Positions 1 through 10,325 of a stretch of 64,000 bases of DNA are shown here, one piece after another; the stretch's first letter is position 1; each line of letters begins with the position of its first letter. This stretch comes from Candidatus Omnitrophota bacterium (GTDB lineage: Bacteria; Omnitrophota; Gorgyraeia; JABMSB01). Made by a program: the position numbers and the translations under genes. The stretch lies in the NCBI GenBank assembly GCA_013202205.1, contig JABMSB010000028.1, forward strand, positions 19,370 through 83,369. The letters are read 5' to 3'. The notes under the pieces were generated by a model. The model worked only from the letters and a program-made list of their open reading frames with translations. It did not search any database and was not told where the DNA came from.

Positions 1-142
1 CATCGGCGAGGTTCGAATTAGGGTCTGCGTCAGATGCCAGTATCGTCCCCTTCAACTCCTTCGCAAGCCAATCTATTATAAAGGCTGAGATCGTCGTCTT
101 GCCTGTACCGCCTTTTCCTGCTACGGCTATGACATATCCCAT
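1..142 (-). CDS. cooC: CODH/ACS nickel-insertion accessory ATPase (CooC/AcsF family), N-terminal 47 codons only; gene runs off the window start
   Basis: Reverse strand from 142 reads MGYVIAVAGKGGTGKTTISAFIIDWLAKELKGTILASDADPNSNLAD. Deviant Walker A GKGGTGKTT is typical of MinD/CooC-type ATPases. The ATG abuts the stop of the upstream RACo gene. Confidence 0.65.
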   Translation of the reverse strand, partial: MGYVIAVAGKGGTGKTTISAFIIDWLAKELKGTILASDADPNSNLAD

Positions 143-2146
143 CTATGACCGCGCCTTCTTCGTTGTCTTCTTAACGCTCGGGAAACGGCTTAGGTCCGTA
201 TGCGGGAAGAATAGGCTCGATATATATTCATTCATATATGCCTGCTCGTTCGAAAGCTCAAAATAGGTCATCTTTCGAGCCACATCCTCTGACTTTAGCA
301 TGGCTTCATAAGAGAGGAGTATCTCGCGAGAACCTGCCAGGGAACTATTACCTATAAAAACGAACTTCTCCCTTGGCTGATCCGGTAAAAGCCCGATGGT
401 AATCGCCTTCTCTATATTGAGATACGTACCAAACCCGCCTGCGATGAATATCTTATCGACATTATCAAAGCTTAAACCGAGTTTTGCAAGCAAGAATGAA
501 GCAGCGCTGTATATAGCGCCCTTCGATCGCTTCAGGTTCTCGATATCTGCTTCTGTAATGATGATATCATAATCGACATCCGCATCTCTCCGATATACGA
601 GCACATACTCCATGCCGATATCTGAGTCGCGAAGCCTTTTAGTCTTTATGGACTTATCAAACTTACCGTCACGGTTTATCAACCCTGCTTTATAAAGCTC
701 AGCCAGTAAATCTATGTAGCCTGAGCCACATATACCCTTGGCCTTTGTCTTACCTATGGTCTCGTACTTTGGCTCAAAGGTAGCCGGATCTATCTTGATC
801 TTCTGTATGGCGCCGCTGGAGGCCCTCACCCCGCAGGTCACGCCACTGCCCTCGAAAGCGGGCCCGGCCGATGCCGCGCAACAGATGAGCCACTCCTTGC
901 TGCCCACAACGAGCTCGCCATTCGTTCCTATATCTATTAAAAGATGGAGCTTCTTGGCATCTGCTATGCCGCTCGATATCACACCGGCTGTTATGTCACC
1001 CCCGACATAGGTTGAGACTCCCGGCACACAGGAAAGGAGCCCTCTCGGATTTATCTTGATCCCAACCTCTGCCGCGCGTATTACAGGGACAAAATTGGCG
1101 GTAGGTACGTACGGTTCTCTGCGTATGAAGGTCGGGTCGACCCTCAATAGAAGGTGTACCATCGTCATATTGCCGGCACATATGACACCTGTTATGTCGT
1201 TTAAGCTTATATTACGCTCTTTTGCAAGCTCGCGGATAATATCATTCAAATTATCGATAACGGCGTGGTGAAGCCTCTCGAGTCCATCCTCTTCACTGGC
1301 AAATATTATCCTCGTTATGACATCGCTCCCAAAGACTGCCTGCCGATTATATGTAGCCTTTGTACCCAAGGCCTTCTTCGTCCGTAAATCGACCAGCTGT
1401 CCTGAAATTGTAGTAGTTCCGATATCAAAGGCTACTCCATAGTTCGTCTTCGACCTGTCTCCGGGTTCGACGAGGACTATCTCTGTAGTTTCATTTCGTT
1501 TACCCAGGGTGACAGTTATACGCCAATTACTTGTACGCAATACATGGCCGAGCCGCTTAATATTCTTCAGGCCCGTCTGCATTATAGTCGCGCCGCTCTT
1601 TTTTCGTATCTCCCGATATACCCTCTCAAGATCACTCAATTTATCATCGAGGGTGGGCTTTGGGAGTTCCAGATATAACTTTGTAGCTAAAGGTGAATGG
1701 CCAAAGACACCCTCTTCGATAATAGAGTCTGCCTTGTCTACATCCTCGGCAGTACTGTAGATACCTTGAAGCCTTGAGTACTTTGAGTCCTCATCCTTTA
1801 CCTTGTCAAGTTCAAGTCGTGACTCAGGCGGAACAAAGACGACCATATCACCTCTGATCGATGTAAGACATGCCAGCACATACCCCTTTTTGCGCTCTTC
1901 GGGTGTTATCCGGCCGGAGGGTTCTGTTACATAATCGCCTTTTTTGATTACAACCTTGCACCTGCCGCACACGCCATCACCACCACAGCTCGATGTCATA
2001 TGTACGCCGGCCTCTATGGCCGCTGCCAAGAGTTCCCTGCCACATTCTGTCTTTACCTTCTTGCCATACGGTAAGAAGGTGACTGAACATTTGCCTTTAG
2101 AGCTTTGCGCGGCCTTGGCCTTCTTTTTCTTCTTTGGTTTTATCAT
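143..2146 (-). CDS. corrinoid activation/regeneration protein (RACo-type reductive activator of the corrinoid Fe-S protein): 2Fe-2S ferredoxin + ASKHA ATPase
   Basis: 667 aa with N-terminal 2Fe-2S motif CGGDGVCGRCKV. ASKHA phosphate-binding loops DIGTTTISGQL and IDIGTNGE. Lies immediately downstream of acsC. Confidence 0.75.
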   Translation of the reverse strand: MIKPKKKKKAKAAQSSKGKCSVTFLPYGKKVKTECGRELLAAAIEAGVHMTSSCGGDGVCGRCKVVIKKGDYVTEPSGRITPEERKKGYVLACLTSIRGDMVVFVPPESRLELDKVKDEDSKYSRLQGIYSTAEDVDKADSIIEEGVFGHSPLATKLYLELPKPTLDDKLSDLERVYREIRKKSGATIMQTGLKNIKRLGHVLRTSNWRITVTLGKRNETTEIVLVEPGDRSKTNYGVAFDIGTTTISGQLVDLRTKKALGTKATYNRQAVFGSDVITRIIFASEEDGLERLHHAVIDNLNDIIRELAKERNISLNDITGVICAGNMTMVHLLLRVDPTFIRREPYVPTANFVPVIRAAEVGIKINPRGLLSCVPGVSTYVGGDITAGVISSGIADAKKLHLLIDIGTNGELVVGSKEWLICCAASAGPAFEGSGVTCGVRASSGAIQKIKIDPATFEPKYETIGKTKAKGICGSGYIDLLAELYKAGLINRDGKFDKSIKTKRLRDSDIGMEYVLVYRRDADVDYDIIITEADIENLKRSKGAIYSAASFLLAKLGLSFDNVDKIFIAGGFGTYLNIEKAITIGLLPDQPREKFVFIGNSSLAGSREILLSYEAMLKSEDVARKMTYFELSNEQAYMNEYISSLFFPHTDLSRFPSVKKTTKKARS

Positions 2147-2148
2147 TA

Positions 2149-3486
2149 TTATACCTTGAAGTTTTTAAGATAATTGGGTAACCCTGAGGCCTCTCTCGGC
2201 CCCACCTGTATCTTCCACCCTGAACCCTCTTCCAGCTTACCACTCATAACTGCTACATATCCCGGAATAACTATCGTGTGGTGCGAAACGAGGCTGTCGG
2301 CATTCACGGTACCGAGCATCCGCGTTATCGTCTCCGGTGTAAATTTCTCAGCCGCCCATGCGGTCAGGACAGACATCCCTTCCGCATCGCAGGCCATTAT
2401 CCTCGTCGGTACCTTCGATGCCTCTACCTCACCTGCAACGGTGTAATACGTAATAGAGAAATTTGTTGTAACAATAAGTGGTGACTCCTTCGTCACATTG
2501 CCTATATCATAGACCTTGGGCTCTACCTGGACCGGCTTCTGAGGGTCGTTGTAGAGATCCTGTCTCGTTGCCAGTATGGGCAATACCTCTTCCGGTTCAC
2601 AATTCTTCATTATGACGATACCTGCATATTTAGAGATAAAACTCGCCGCCTCAGCGATCTCATCCGCGGGTTCACTGCTCGTCGTAAATGCTATTGCCGG
2701 ATACCCCAGGGGCCTGAATGTCTTCCTAAGCGCCATCCTGCGCGCGTATGTCAGATCATTCACCTTGGCTGTAAGGTCCTTGGGTCCCGTATCAATGACG
2801 ATCTCCTCCACACCGGCTGCCTTGATCTTCTGGGTAAGCTCTGCTATCTCCTCGAGCCCCGATGCAACCGCGACCAGCGGCAGGCCTGCGCCCTTGGCCA
2901 CCTTAACCATCTCATCAACATTGGCCTTATTGGCTCCATGCAGAAGAGGCCTTCTATCCTTAGATGCCTCAACACCGGCAGCTAAGACCTTTGGATCTTC
3001 GGCAACAAGCACGATGTTTAACTTCGTACTCCCACAGACACTCTTTACTACCTGTGAGAATTTCGCTGCATCACCGCTTGCGGATTTTATAGCAACGACA
3101 TTTGCGCCTATTCTTTGCCCGACGCGTTCAAACTGAAGCTTATTTATCTTATCGAGCTTCTTCTTAAGTGCGGCGTCATCGAGTGAGTCTTCAATAAGAA
3201 AACCTACACCCGCCGGGTGATGGAACGTCTCCTCGTGCCTGAACATAACCGTCTCGTTGCCTATCTGAAGCTTTCCGTCTCCGGTTCCCACGGTGACCAG
3301 CTTGATCGGAGGCTGTGATGCGCCTTCGAGCGCCTGCTTTGCTTCAGCGCTTACGTGGGGACACTTATCGAGTGATGCCTTCTTGGCGGCAAGCTGCATA
3401 GCGAATGCCAGGCATGTCGGAAAACCACAGTCCTTACAGTTCGTCTTCGGTAATAGTTTATAGATCTCAAGTCCCGATAAGGCCAT
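2149..3486 (-). CDS. acsC: corrinoid iron-sulfur protein large subunit (CODH/ACS gamma subunit)
   Basis: 445 aa. N-terminus MALSGLEIYKLLPKTNCKDCGFPTCLAFAMQLAAKKASLDKCP is the conserved 4Fe-4S binding start of AcsC/CdhE. Confidence 0.85.
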   Translation of the reverse strand: MALSGLEIYKLLPKTNCKDCGFPTCLAFAMQLAAKKASLDKCPHVSAEAKQALEGASQPPIKLVTVGTGDGKLQIGNETVMFRHEETFHHPAGVGFLIEDSLDDAALKKKLDKINKLQFERVGQRIGANVVAIKSASGDAAKFSQVVKSVCGSTKLNIVLVAEDPKVLAAGVEASKDRRPLLHGANKANVDEMVKVAKGAGLPLVAVASGLEEIAELTQKIKAAGVEEIVIDTGPKDLTAKVNDLTYARRMALRKTFRPLGYPAIAFTTSSEPADEIAEAASFISKYAGIVIMKNCEPEEVLPILATRQDLYNDPQKPVQVEPKVYDIGNVTKESPLIVTTNFSITYYTVAGEVEASKVPTRIMACDAEGMSVLTAWAAEKFTPETITRMLGTVNADSLVSHHTIVIPGYVAVMSGKLEEGSGWKIQVGPREASGLPNYLKNFKV

Positions 3487-3505
3487 TGATCAGATCCTCC
3501 TCTTA

Positions 3506-5683
3506 TTATATGAGTGCCGGCATAGAAGATGCGGGATGCTTAACCTTTTCCAGATACGGCATCAACTCTTCCATCGTCGTCGCGTTCGTTTCGTCCGCTA
3601 TTTTATTTACAAGATCCGGGTCGCCCAGCTCTTCGCATCGCTTCTTCAACTTATCGCCCAGGGCCTCTTTCATCTCTTTAGGCATCCAGACTATTCTCTT
3701 TAAACCTCCGTCAGCGCTGATAAACTTTTTGGAAACAATATATAACCTTCCGATACCCATGAAACCGGGCGTCTGCGCACCTCCGCCGACAGAACCTGCC
3801 AGTGTGGTAAATTTCATCCCGCAGGGCGTCATGCCCGAGTATTCTCTATTCACTATCATAAAACCATTCACCTCCGGCAAGATGGCTACAATACACTCAA
3901 AACAACCACAACTTGTCTCACAAAAATCCATGATAGAATAACCATGAAACCGCTCCAGGGTTTTGTTAGACTTCTGGTAGATAAATTCATTTATCCCTTT
4001 CCATTCGCCTTTTACCGGATCAATGCATTCGCCTTTTTTGATCGGCTGATTGGGGCCTGTGGGGGTTAACTCAAAACTTGCCTTGGCATCAAGGTAGCTG
4101 TAGGCACCGCACAAACCCAACCTTTCTGGTTTGATTACACAAAGATGATTAGGAGCGAAGGACTGACAGAGTTGGCATGACATGAATGTATCGACCGATT
4201 CGTCTGTCATCCCGGCCATACGCTCGTCTCTTTCGTTATAGACCTTTATCGCCCCCTCCATATGCTTCTTCACATCGGCTTCATTGGTAAGTATGGTTAC
4301 CTGGCACTTATCTACTATTGCGCCAAAGACCTCATGCATCCTGGCGTGGAGAATTGTGCCAAAATGGGCTAACTTAAACCCTTTTTCGTGGGCAACCTTG
4401 CTTATCCTTACCCAGCACATATTCCTCTGGCCCATATGGAATATACCCATCGCTTCGTTGAGGAACGAATGGATCTGTCTCTCGAGAATTGGTTCAAAAT
4501 CCTTCTGCATCTTGCGGCCGGCCACCTCGACCAATACCCCAAGCGGATACGCTTTGCCATCTTCCATCTTGTCGGTCTCAATGCCGACTACGGAGATCTT
4601 CCCGTCCTCTACATCATTTAGATCCTTTGCAGTGACAAATTCGAAGGCATCAGAGTATTTGCCGCCAAACTGGACAAACATCTGCTCACGCCGCACCCTC
4701 TCTCCCTCAAAGGCCGGGGAGTAAGAGACGGGTATCGGTATCTCCGATATCTTGACCTTGACACCACGCACCTCAATGGAAGTAGGTACTATTTTCTTAT
4801 GGTCTTTCTCGCTCACAAGATGTTCATATGTACATATACCTGTCGGCCTGATCTCCGGTATATCGGTATCGGCTATGATCGGGAAGCCCATATTTATAGC
4901 TCCCGCGCCCGTAGCATACTTCATATCATCAAGCGCGCCAAGCGTTACACCAAACGCGAATACTCTATTCTTGCAGTATGTCAGGCACTTGAGCGCTTCT
5001 CCTTTTTTATGGCCGCCAAAAGTCAATGCGCCCCTTATCGCCCAGTGCAAAGGATAGATGGCGCTTATGGTATCTCTGCCAAAAGGTACGATATATGCAT
5101 CCCACCCCATCTCAACACCTTCTTCTTTAAGCTGATCTATGATAGACCTTCCGTTTGTGCTGCATCCGACAAAACAGAGTATTGAGCGTTTCTGGTATTC
5201 TCTCACGATTTCGACCGCTGTCTTATTGTCCGGCGCAGCGCCCAATACGGCGGCAAAACCCGGCATCCTCCCATCTACAAGCTGGATGCCAAGAGTACGT
5301 AATATCGTATCTGAAAAGAAACCTTCGCAGTCCACCTGCGGCTCCTGGCCATAAAGATAGCGCAGGACACAGATCATCTCCTCCGCAAGCAGCGTACCAA
5401 TGCCTGAGTCAAGCGTATCGCCCAGATAAGGAAGCCATAGGTGTTCACTCGGCGGGGTATGGAGAAGTGACTTTGCCTCCTTCAGAATAGGTTTCATCTC
5501 ACCGAGCGTCTTAACTTCGGCCCCCAGGAGCGCGTTTGCCATGGGCAGATAGAACGCCGTGTCGGGAAACTCGACCTTTTGAGATTCACCCTTTTCTTTA
5601 ATAGCTTTATTTAAGAATTCCTCACATTCAGTGACAATCTTATTCGCGCCATTGATGACTGCCGTTGCAACAATCTTTGACAT
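3506..5683 (-). CDS. acsB: acetyl-CoA synthase catalytic subunit (CODH/ACS alpha, A-cluster)
   Basis: 725 aa. Adjacent to acsC. Cys-rich A-cluster region FCETSCGCFEC. Length and order are typical of bacterial acsB. Confidence 0.85.
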   Translation of the reverse strand: MSKIVATAVINGANKIVTECEEFLNKAIKEKGESQKVEFPDTAFYLPMANALLGAEVKTLGEMKPILKEAKSLLHTPPSEHLWLPYLGDTLDSGIGTLLAEEMICVLRYLYGQEPQVDCEGFFSDTILRTLGIQLVDGRMPGFAAVLGAAPDNKTAVEIVREYQKRSILCFVGCSTNGRSIIDQLKEEGVEMGWDAYIVPFGRDTISAIYPLHWAIRGALTFGGHKKGEALKCLTYCKNRVFAFGVTLGALDDMKYATGAGAINMGFPIIADTDIPEIRPTGICTYEHLVSEKDHKKIVPTSIEVRGVKVKISEIPIPVSYSPAFEGERVRREQMFVQFGGKYSDAFEFVTAKDLNDVEDGKISVVGIETDKMEDGKAYPLGVLVEVAGRKMQKDFEPILERQIHSFLNEAMGIFHMGQRNMCWVRISKVAHEKGFKLAHFGTILHARMHEVFGAIVDKCQVTILTNEADVKKHMEGAIKVYNERDERMAGMTDESVDTFMSCQLCQSFAPNHLCVIKPERLGLCGAYSYLDAKASFELTPTGPNQPIKKGECIDPVKGEWKGINEFIYQKSNKTLERFHGYSIMDFCETSCGCFECIVAILPEVNGFMIVNREYSGMTPCGMKFTTLAGSVGGGAQTPGFMGIGRLYIVSKKFISADGGLKRIVWMPKEMKEALGDKLKKRCEELGDPDLVNKIADETNATTMEELMPYLEKVKHPASSMPALI

Positions 5684-5698
5684 AGTAAGAGCTCCTGG

Positions 5699-6991
5699 TT
5701 ATTGATACGTTTTTATAGTATCTAAAAATTCCTCAGCAGTAAAGGAATCACTGTTATCTTTTATTAAGGGCATAACCGTTGCAAAACTGAAATTATTATC
5801 GACCAACCTCTCCTTTATTCCGGAAATATCGATCCGTTTGCGCATAAGGACGTTGATAACCCCTGCGCTCTCCACCCCATTAATAAAGACGGCGCCGCAA
5901 ATCAGGTTATCTTTTAAGACTATCTTTCTATAAAGATTCTTATTCCTGTTCTCGAATACGAGAGTCTCGTAATCGTCTGTCTTAGGCTTGGTTATGCCCA
6001 TAGATATGGCAGGAAGACCGAAAAATTCAACCGAGTTCATTGAGAGTGAGCCCTCGTAGGCAATCTTTTCACCGGTCATATTCGCGCCGGCTATGCCACC
6101 CTGTTCAACGGCACACGGCCACAGGCCATTTATCGTCATCTCACCGGATGCCAAATCCCGGGTCTCGGCACAATCACCTGCGGCAAAGATGCCTTTTACA
6201 TTTGTCGCCATATATTCATCTACCAAAAATCCCCAATGCGTCTTTATGCCTGACCCTTTGGCTAAGGCTATATCGGCAATAACGCCCTTTCCTACTATAA
6301 CCATCTGACAATCTACCTTAGTCCCGTCATCGAGCAAAACACCTTCTACCGTCTTACCGCCGGTTATCTCCTTGGCAGCCGCTTGCGTTTTTACCTCTAT
6401 TCCGTTAGCCACGAGCGTATCCCGGATAATATCGGCCGCTTCCTTATCGAGCATCTGGGACAAGACCTGCGATGACTTCGCTATGACGGAAACCTTTTTT
6501 CCCTGATGCATTAGGGCATACGCATCCCTCAAACCTATCAGGCCGCCGCCTAAGACAACTACCCTCTTAACCTTATCCATAAGTTTTATCATGCCGCGCG
6601 CATCATCGATCCGCCTTATGGTAAAGAAACCTTCTTTGTCAACTCCGGGTATATCTATGCTTTTAGGGTTAGCGCCCGTCGCCAATAATAACTTATCGTA
6701 TAAAATCGATTTGCCGTTTGATAGCTTTACCGCGCGTTTTTTCACATCAATAGATTTTGCCCTAACCCCCAGAATAGCATCGATCTTATTCTTCTTATAA
6801 AAGTCGGGATCCCTGAAGGTCAATTTATCCTCGGTGATCTGCCCTGCCAATAGATACGTCAAAAGACAACGCGAATAGAGAGGGAGTTTTTCATCCGAGA
6901 CTAAGGTTATCTTGGCCTTCTCATCGCGCTTCCGTATCGCCTCGCAGGCCATAACGCCTGCCGCGCTTCCACCTATAATAACGTAGTTCAT
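5699..6991 (-). CDS. FAD-dependent pyridine nucleotide-disulfide oxidoreductase (NADH oxidase/CoA-disulfide reductase family) associated with CODH
   Basis: 430 aa. Two dinucleotide-binding GxGxxG motifs (VIIGGSAAGV; VVLGGGLIGL). 4-nt ATGA overlap with cooF. Confidence 0.7.
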   Translation of the reverse strand: MNYVIIGGSAAGVMACEAIRKRDEKAKITLVSDEKLPLYSRCLLTYLLAGQITEDKLTFRDPDFYKKNKIDAILGVRAKSIDVKKRAVKLSNGKSILYDKLLLATGANPKSIDIPGVDKEGFFTIRRIDDARGMIKLMDKVKRVVVLGGGLIGLRDAYALMHQGKKVSVIAKSSQVLSQMLDKEAADIIRDTLVANGIEVKTQAAAKEITGGKTVEGVLLDDGTKVDCQMVIVGKGVIADIALAKGSGIKTHWGFLVDEYMATNVKGIFAAGDCAETRDLASGEMTINGLWPCAVEQGGIAGANMTGEKIAYEGSLSMNSVEFFGLPAISMGITKPKTDDYETLVFENRNKNLYRKIVLKDNLICGAVFINGVESAGVINVLMRKRIDISGIKERLVDNNFSFATVMPLIKDNSDSFTAEEFLDTIKTYQ

Positions 6992-7494
6992 AGCTTCTTC
7001 TCCGCTTTTCTTTTAAACTCTTCCGGTGTACCGGCAAATAGCGCTCCTGTCGGACAGGCGATCACGCAAGCATAGTCATCTCTGTCAGGACAGAGGTCGC
7101 ATTTGAGCGCCTGCTTATCCTCGATCGATCTGACTATCGCCCCAAAGGGACAGACCATGATGCACATCCAGCAACCGACGCATTTATCTTTATCGTGTTT
7201 GGTAGCGCCCGTCTTTGGATCTTTATACATTGCCCCCGACATACATGCCGCCACACAAGGCGCTTCCTCACAATGTTGGCAGCTTATGCGGACAGCCCTT
7301 CCAAAGGAATCTCGTATACGCACCCTCTTTGTCGGAGGGACAGACTCCCTAAGGGCCTTCACCAGGTCCTTTGAGAAGGAATGCTCGACAGCGCACGCGA
7401 TCTCACAACTCTTGCATCCGGTACATTTTCTCAAATCGCAAAATATCTTGATCTTGCCTGCGGCCTTATTCTTCTTTGAGGTTTTAGTTGGCAC
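6988..7494 (-). CDS. cooF: CODH-associated 4Fe-4S ferredoxin CooF
   Basis: 168 aa with four Cys clusters (CTGCKSCEIAC, CQHCEEAPCVAAC, CVGCWMCIMVCP, CDLCPDRDDYACVIACP). Confidence 0.75.
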   Translation of the reverse strand: MPTKTSKKNKAAGKIKIFCDLRKCTGCKSCEIACAVEHSFSKDLVKALRESVPPTKRVRIRDSFGRAVRISCQHCEEAPCVAACMSGAMYKDPKTGATKHDKDKCVGCWMCIMVCPFGAIVRSIEDKQALKCDLCPDRDDYACVIACPTGALFAGTPEEFKRKAEKKL

Positions 7495-9436
7495 CTGCCG
7501 TCGCCTCCTCTTTCGCTTCTTTCTTCGCAGGCTCGTACATCATCGGATTCAATTTAAGCGCCGCACGCTTCTTGTTTATATGATCTATCATCATATGCGC
7601 GGCTTTGATCGGATCGGCCTCAAAGGCGAATTTGCCGCCTATGATAGAGTCTAGCTCTTCGGTGATATACCGCGTCACGTTCTCGCTTCCCTTCACGGGC
7701 ATATCTCCGCCGAAAACCGTGAAGATACCTGAAGCGATGACATAAAAACCTATGGTGATCGCCTTCTCACTCATCCACTCAGGGGCCGCACCCGCTGCGG
7801 GTAGATCGCAAAGGTCTCCCCCCAGCCCGCCCTCTTTCAGAACTTCACTGGCAGCGATCAGTATCCGGGAATTATCGACGCATGAACCGAGGTGTAACAC
7901 CGGAGGAATACCTACTGCCTCGCAGACCTCTCTAAGGCCCGGCCCGGTAAGCTTTAGTGCATCACCTGGGGTCATCAGTCCTGCCTTCGCACAGGCTATG
8001 GCAGAACATCCTGTCTGCAAAACGAGTACATCATGCTTAATCAACTCCTTGACCATTTCGATGTGGGCCCAGTCGTGTTTTATTTTGGGGTTATTGCATC
8101 CTACCACTCCGGCCACACCCCTGACCCTGCCTGAAATTATGGCGTCATTGAGCGGCCTATAGGTAGCCCTATACTTTCCGCCGAGCATATGGAATACATA
8201 CTCCGCGGTAAAACCGGCTACGAGGTCCATCTCATATTTGGGAATGTCCACTCTCTCTTTCTTTCTCTTTTTGAAATTCTCAACACCCATCCGGATGATC
8301 TTACAGGCTATCTCATATGCCTCTTCTTCATTGAACTGGATATGTTCCACGCCCGGGTACTTTGCTTTATAAGAGGTAGTCACAAGTTTGGTGTGAAAAC
8401 ATGTAGCCAAGCTCGAAAGTGCCGGCATAATACACTGTACGTCGACCATCATTAATTCAACTGCGCCGGTCACTATGGCAAGCTCCTGCTGCAGGAAGTC
8501 TCCCGCCACAGGAACACCATGGCGCATTAATATCTCGTTGGCCGTGCAGCACATACCCGCTATGTTGATCCCCTTTGCCCCGTACTTTTGGGCAAGCGCA
8601 AGGAGCTCAGGATCCTTTGCCGCTTTAACCGCCATCTCAGATAGTGTAGGCTCATGGCCATGGACGATGATATTCACCTGGTCCTCTTTTAAAACACCCA
8701 GGTTGACCTTAGCCCTTACAGGCTTAGGGCTGCCGAGCATGATATCCTGCAGGTCCGTCGCTATCATGGAGCCGCCCCATCCATCGCCCAGGGAACACCT
8801 TATGCCGTGATTGATGACGTTCTTATAGTCTGCATCTACACCCATATTGACGCGGTGCATCGATTCTACGATCTCGCGGTCGATACCGCGAGGCATCACG
8901 CCGAGTTTACGCCATACCTTCTTGCGAGACTCAGGCGCACGGGCGATCATCTTCAGCTCTCCCTCCTGATTGCCGAACTCCGCCAGGGCGGCGTGGGCAA
9001 GATCTTTGGCGATATCCTCCTTCGATCGTCCTTCGGTCTTGATATCATAAATCCTGGCAATATCATGCAGTTTCTTCTCATCGATTATACCGTAATGGTG
9101 TGTCTTCCCCTCTGCGGCGATAAGAAGCGTATGAGCCACATCTCTTCCGTGGTCTGAGTGTGCGGCCGCTCCGGCGGCAATATGGCGAAGCAGATTTCGT
9201 GCGGCGATAGTATCTTTATTCGCCCCGCAAACACCTTCCTGTGGACCATCGCCAAAGGGGTCTATCCTGCAGGGGCCCATGCTGCAAACCTTGCAGCATA
9301 TACCCAGTGTGCCAAAACCACACTGCGGCTCCATGGCCTCAAGGCGGTCCCATGCCAGTTGTTTATCCTCGGCCTCCGCACGTTTAAGCATCTGTTGAGA
9401 TGCTTTGTCAATTGATCGATCCTTTGCCTTCGTCAT
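7484..9436 (-). CDS. cooS: anaerobic carbon-monoxide dehydrogenase catalytic subunit (C-cluster NiFe CODH)
   Basis: N-terminal region CGFGTLGICCKVCSMGPCRI. The track ORF begins at 9469, but the internal ATG at 9436 (MTKAKDRS...) is preceded by AAGGAGGA and sits just after the metF stop, so I call the start there. Confidence 0.85.
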   Translation of the reverse strand: MTKAKDRSIDKASQQMLKRAEAEDKQLAWDRLEAMEPQCGFGTLGICCKVCSMGPCRIDPFGDGPQEGVCGANKDTIAARNLLRHIAAGAAAHSDHGRDVAHTLLIAAEGKTHHYGIIDEKKLHDIARIYDIKTEGRSKEDIAKDLAHAALAEFGNQEGELKMIARAPESRKKVWRKLGVMPRGIDREIVESMHRVNMGVDADYKNVINHGIRCSLGDGWGGSMIATDLQDIMLGSPKPVRAKVNLGVLKEDQVNIIVHGHEPTLSEMAVKAAKDPELLALAQKYGAKGINIAGMCCTANEILMRHGVPVAGDFLQQELAIVTGAVELMMVDVQCIMPALSSLATCFHTKLVTTSYKAKYPGVEHIQFNEEEAYEIACKIIRMGVENFKKRKKERVDIPKYEMDLVAGFTAEYVFHMLGGKYRATYRPLNDAIISGRVRGVAGVVGCNNPKIKHDWAHIEMVKELIKHDVLVLQTGCSAIACAKAGLMTPGDALKLTGPGLREVCEAVGIPPVLHLGSCVDNSRILIAASEVLKEGGLGGDLCDLPAAGAAPEWMSEKAITIGFYVIASGIFTVFGGDMPVKGSENVTRYITEELDSIIGGKFAFEADPIKAAHMMIDHINKKRAALKLNPMMYEPAKKEAKEEATAGAN

Positions 9437-9452
9437 TCTTTCATCCTCCTTG

Positions 9453-10325
9453 TCACAATCCTGCTGCATTCAATACATCCGGAACGTACTTATCCCATCC
9501 TATTGACATTATGTGAATACCTTCGGAAAGCGGCTTGAGCTCCTTTATCAGTCGCGCGGCAATCTCGATCGACTTCTTCGGCCGATCTTCTTTGGAAACA
9601 GACTTTATTTCCTCAATAAGATCATCCGGTACGGTAACGCCGGATACGTTCGCGTTCATAAATTTTGCCATGCCTGCCGACTTAAGAAGGACTATGCCGG
9701 CGCATACGGGAACCTTTATACCTTTAGACATCTCCCTGAAACGCTTATACGCCTCAACATCGTAGACGGCCTGGGTCTGAAAAAACTCTGCCCCTGCGGC
9801 CACCTTCTTCTCCATCTTCATGACTTCAGGCTCAAGCGGATCAGCTCCGGGATTTACAACCGCACCCACGCAGAACTTTGGCGAGCCTTTAAGCTCATTG
9901 CCCTTCATATCTTTTCCTGATTCGAGTGTCTTTATGACCTGTATGAGCTGGACCGATCCTATATCGAAGACAGCCTTTGCTTCAGGATGGTCACCCAATG
10001 AAGGGTAATCGCCTGTGAGCGCTAAGACATTCTCAATGCCAAGTGAATAAGCGCTTAAAAGATCTGACTGGAGTGCCAACCTATTTCTGTCACGACATGT
10101 CATCTGGAATATCGGCTCATGGCCCCTATCCTTTAACATATGGGATACGGACATCGAACCTATGCGCATGACGGAGCTTTGCAGGTCTGTGACGTTTATC
10201 CCATCCACACGGCCTTTGATCAAATCCGCCTCGTGTAAAATTTGTTCTAAGTCGACCCCTTTGGGTGGGCCAATCTCACTTGTAACTATAAACTTTCCTT
10301 GCTTAAACTTTTCGCATAATGTCAT
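9453..10325 (-). CDS. metF: 5,10-methylenetetrahydrofolate reductase
   Basis: 290 aa MetF-family protein (MTLCEKFKQGKFIVTSEIGPPKG...) sited between folD and cooS. Confidence 0.8.
   Translation of the reverse strand: MTLCEKFKQGKFIVTSEIGPPKGVDLEQILHEADLIKGRVDGINVTDLQSSVMRIGSMSVSHMLKDRGHEPIFQMTCRDRNRLALQSDLLSAYSLGIENVLALTGDYPSLGDHPEAKAVFDIGSVQLIQVIKTLESGKDMKGNELKGSPKFCVGAVVNPGADPLEPEVMKMEKKVAAGAEFFQTQAVYDVEAYKRFREMSKGIKVPVCAGIVLLKSAGMAKFMNANVSGVTVPDDLIEEIKSVSKEDRPKKSIEIAARLIKELKPLSEGIHIMSIGWDKYVPDVLNAAGL

Noticed and set aside
9-30. GGTTCGAATT, a tRNA T-loop-like string at the very start of the window
   Set aside because: It lies inside the cooC coding frame (…DPNSNLAD) and no acceptor or anticodon arms can be formed around it, so it is not a tRNA.
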